Shown here in pieces: positions 25,101 through 26,908 of a stretch of DNA of 26,908 nt. Position numbers and translations under genes: made by a program. The stretch comes from an uncultured Christensenella sp. (GTDB lineage: Bacteria > Bacillota > Clostridia > Christensenellales > Pumilibacteraceae), in contig CAJTND010000012.1 in the NCBI GenBank assembly GCA_910577995.1, positions 8,649 to 35,556 of the forward strand, written 5' to 3'. The stretch's first letter is position 1, and every line of letters begins with the position of its first letter. The notes under the pieces were generated by a model. The model saw only the letters and a program-made list of their open reading frames with translations. It searched no databases and was not told the DNA's origin.

Positions 25101-26015
25101 GTCGTTTCGCGCGTACTGCCCGAGGAGGATATGCCGTTCATGGCGGACGGCACGCCGTTGCAGATAGTGCTCAATCCGCTCGGCGTTCCCAGCCGTATGA
25201 ACATCGGTCAGGTGCTCGAGGTCCATCTCGGCTTGGTCGCGAAAGCGCTCGGCTGGAAGGTGTCGACGCCCGTTTTCGACGGCGCGATCGAGTCCGATAT
25301 AGAAAAACTGCTTGCCGAGAACGGCTATGTTTCGCCCGACGGCGAGGTCGACGGCAAGATCCAGATGTACGACGGCAGAACGGGCGAACCGTTCGAGAAC
25401 CGCGCGACGGTCGGTTATATGTATATGCTAAAACTGATCCACCTTGTCGACGACAAGATGCACGCGCGTTCGACCGGTCCGTATTCGCTCGTCACGCAGC
25501 AGCCGCTCGGCGGAAAAGCGCAGAACGGCGGTCAGCGTTTCGGTGAGATGGAGGTCTGGGCATTGTACGCTTACGGCGCGGCAAACGTGCTGCAAGAGAT
25601 AATGACCGTCAAGTCCGACGACATCATGGGCAGGAGCAAGACCTACGACAGCATCGTTCGCGGCATGGACATTTCCGAGCCGGGCATACCCGAATCGTTC
25701 AAGGTCCTTATCAAGGAATTGCAGGCGCTCGCGCTGGATGTGAAGGTGCTGACCGAGGACAAGGTCGAGATCGGCATGAAGGATCTCATGGACGACGAGC
25801 CCGTCATGTACGACGTCGAGCCGACCGAGAAGCATTACAGCGCGGACGGCGAAGCGGAGGGCGGCGATATACTCGGCGGTCTCGGCGACGAGGAGGAAGA
25901 GCCCGCGCCGCACGTCGAGGAGGACGCGTCGCTGTTCGACGACGACGTCGACTACGACGACCCGTTCGCGGACGGCAGCTTCGAGGACGACGACGAGACG
26001 GACAACGAGGATTAA
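22173..26015 (+). CDS. rpoB: DNA-directed RNA polymerase subunit beta
   Basis: Canonical blocks are present: [74 protein letters not shown] and [21 protein letters not shown]. Confidence 0.98.
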   Translation: MAERKITKVKYGNTERMSFAQSREVIDMPDLVEVQKKSYNDFIDNGIKEVLADFSPITDYSNRVELFFEDYSLGFREGNNQKRNYTEKECKDRDATFAVPLYVKVRLRNCETDESTRSEVYMGDLPKMTPTGSFIINGAERVVVSQLVRSPGVYFDYKKDIKTGQAHYSAQNIPSRGAWLEFEEDSSGVLWVRVDRQKKVLATILLSCFSAVTEGGFGTDEKLREIFNNDPMIELTCQRYADKEDKPTLDEERALYELNHKLRSGETPTIDSIKQFIYGMFFDRRKYDISRVGRYKYNKKLALRYRVAGLRVAKDVIDEDGIVYARAENKQTHTSADILTEELAEKIQNAGINKISVLDEDGKEFEVISNAHVALDGYIDVDPRSIGINERVYYPALKELMDEADGDRTKLAELCAKNVENLIVKHIVVEDVIATVNYIMGLHHGLGSCDNIDHLGNRRVRSVGELLQNQFRIGMSRLERVVRERMQIQTDAELSAQTLINVRPVSSAIKEFFGSSQLSQFMDETNPIAELTHKRKLSALGPGGLNREHVTFEVRDVHYTHYSRMCPIETPEGQNIGLISSLSSYARINEYGYIEAPYRKVDKVNRVVTSEVEYLPADEEDRYMIAQAGEPLDDDGRFVRPRVMMRYRDQIGEVSSDRIDYVDVSPRQMVSVATALIPFLENDDSHRALMASNMQRQAVPLLKTEAPIVGTGIEHKIAYDSGVMIIARAAGTVDYVDAERIIVNEDDGSRQMYILKKFVGSNQGTCINQRPIVNKGDKVRKGQVLADGHSTSQAELALGKNILVGFMGWEGYNYEDAILISERIAKDDVFTSIHINKHETEARDTKLGAEEITRDIPNVSPEALKNLDEDGIIRIGAEVDSGDILVGKVTPKGETDLTPEERLLRAIFGDKAREVRDTSLKVPHGEGGIVVDVKVFTRANRDEMKPGVNKLVRVYIAQKRKISVGDKMAGRHGNKGVVSRVLPEEDMPFMADGTPLQIVLNPLGVPSRMNIGQVLEVHLGLVAKALGWKVSTPVFDGAIESDIEKLLAENGYVSPDGEVDGKIQMYDGRTGEPFENRATVGYMYMLKLIHLVDDKMHARSTGPYSLVTQQPLGGKAQNGGQRFGEMEVWALYAYGAANVLQEIMTVKSDDIMGRSKTYDSIVRGMDISEPGIPESFKVLIKELQALALDVKVLTEDKVEIGMKDLMDDEPVMYDVEPTEKHYSADGEAEGGDILGGLGDEEEEPAPHVEEDASLFDDDVDYDDPFADGSFEDDDETDNED

Positions 26016-26028
26016 AGGAGAATAAGCG

Positions 26029-26908
26029 ATGTTTGAACTGAACAATTTCGATTCGATGCAGATACAGCTCGCCAGCCCCGACAAGATACGCGAATGGTCT
26101 TACGGCGAGGTCACCAAACCCGAAACGATAAACTACCGCACTCAAAAGCCCGAAAAGGACGGCTTGTTCTCCGAGCGTATATTCGGACCGACCAAGGACT
26201 GGGAATGCTACTGCGGCAAATACAAGCGCATACGCTATAAAGGCGTCGTTTGCGATAAGTGCGGCGTCGAAGTCACGACGGCGAAGGTCCGCCGCGAGCG
26301 CATGGGTCATATCGAGCTCGCCGCGCCCGTCACGCACATATGGTACTTCCGCGGCGTGCCCAGCCGTATAGGGCTCATACTCGACCTCCAGCTCAAACAG
26401 CTCGAGCAGGTCGTATACTTCGTCAATTATATAGTGCTCGATCCGGGCATAACCGATCTTCAATACAAAGAGATAATCACCGACGACAAGTACCGCCAAT
26501 ACCAGGAGCAGTACGGTCCCAAGGCGTTCAAGGTCGGTATGGGCGCGGAAGCGGTGCGCCAGCTGCTCAAAGACATCAACGTAAAAGAAGAGTACGAGAA
26601 GATGCGCGACGTCGTCGAGAAATCGGCGGGACAGAAAAAGCTCCGCGCGATAAAACGCCTCGACATCCTCGACGCATTCCTCAAATCGGGCGCAAACCCC
26701 GAATGGATGGTGCTCGACGTTCTGCCCGTGCTTCCGCCCGAGCTTCGCCCGATGGTCCAGCTCGACGGCGGCAGGTTTGCGACGAGCGACCTCAACGACC
26801 TTTACCGCAGGGTCATCAACCGCAACAACCGTTTGCGTCGGCTCATGGAGCTCGGCGCGCCCGATATAATCATCCGCAACGAAAAGCGCATGCTGCAAGA
26901 AGCCGTCG
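26029..26908 (+). CDS. rpoC: DNA-directed RNA polymerase subunit beta' (3'-partial, runs off the window)
   Basis: AAAGGAGA RBS, ATG at 26029. The hand translation is [83 protein letters not shown]...HIWYFRG. The frame is open to the window end, which is why it is not in the ORF track. Confidence 0.97.
   Translation, partial: MFELNNFDSMQIQLASPDKIREWSYGEVTKPETINYRTQKPEKDGLFSERIFGPTKDWECYCGKYKRIRYKGVVCDKCGVEVTTAKVRRERMGHIELAAPVTHIWYFRGVPSRIGLILDLQLKQLEQVVYFVNYIVLDPGITDLQYKEIITDDKYRQYQEQYGPKAFKVGMGAEAVRQLLKDINVKEEYEKMRDVVEKSAGQKKLRAIKRLDILDAFLKSGANPEWMVLDVLPVLPPELRPMVQLDGGRFATSDLNDLYRRVINRNNRLRRLMELGAPDIIIRNEKRMLQEAV

Noticed and set aside
25750-26015. Long acidic (D/E-rich) C-terminal tail of RpoB, considered as a novelty.
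   Set aside because: Acidic C-terminal extensions of RpoB are common in Bacillota; B. subtilis RpoB ends similarly. This is only a modest length difference.

Overview
This window looks like chromosomal DNA from a spore-forming Clostridia-type Bacillota organism. The evidence is the spmA/spmB and cwlJ/gerQ-like genes, the metG-tatD synteny, the rpoB-rpoC pair and SigA-type TTGACA-N17-TATAAT promoters. The flanks look G+C-rich by eye, with GCG/CTC/ATA codon usage. Left to right the window holds: a 5'-truncated coiled-coil protein with a basic tail; a TetR + ABC ATPase + double-FtsX permease operon; a 55-bp tandem repeat in a convergent intergenic gap; a small lysine-rich protein; a fused MacB-like ATPase-permease; metG-tatD-(TatD-associated radical SAM), translationally coupled; a CaCA exchanger; a small PH-like membrane protein; an MGMT-domain protein; a cwlJ-like hydrolase plus a GerQ-like protein; spmB and spmA on the minus strand; a tRNA-Thr(GGT) locus; an orphan 322-338 aa protein; a visibly AT-rich ~2.4-kb insertion carrying an intact HTH-Fic gene and two decayed genes; a small membrane protein; an untracked YjzC-like small ORF; a YhhN-family protein; a four-helix-bundle-like protein; and rpoB plus the 5' part of rpoC. 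Two things are most worth a second look. First, the tRNA-Thr transcription unit contains 2.5 tandem 77-bp tRNA-derived units upstream of the real tRNA. Second, the 2.4-kb AT-rich element is bracketed by 25-bp direct repeats that duplicate the 3' end and stop codons of the orphan gene and separate that gene from its terminator. I found no CRISPR array, rRNA, intact transposase or integrase, and I cannot name a complete new multi-gene system with confidence. The long antisense ORFs in the six-frame track are treated as GC-bias artefacts.
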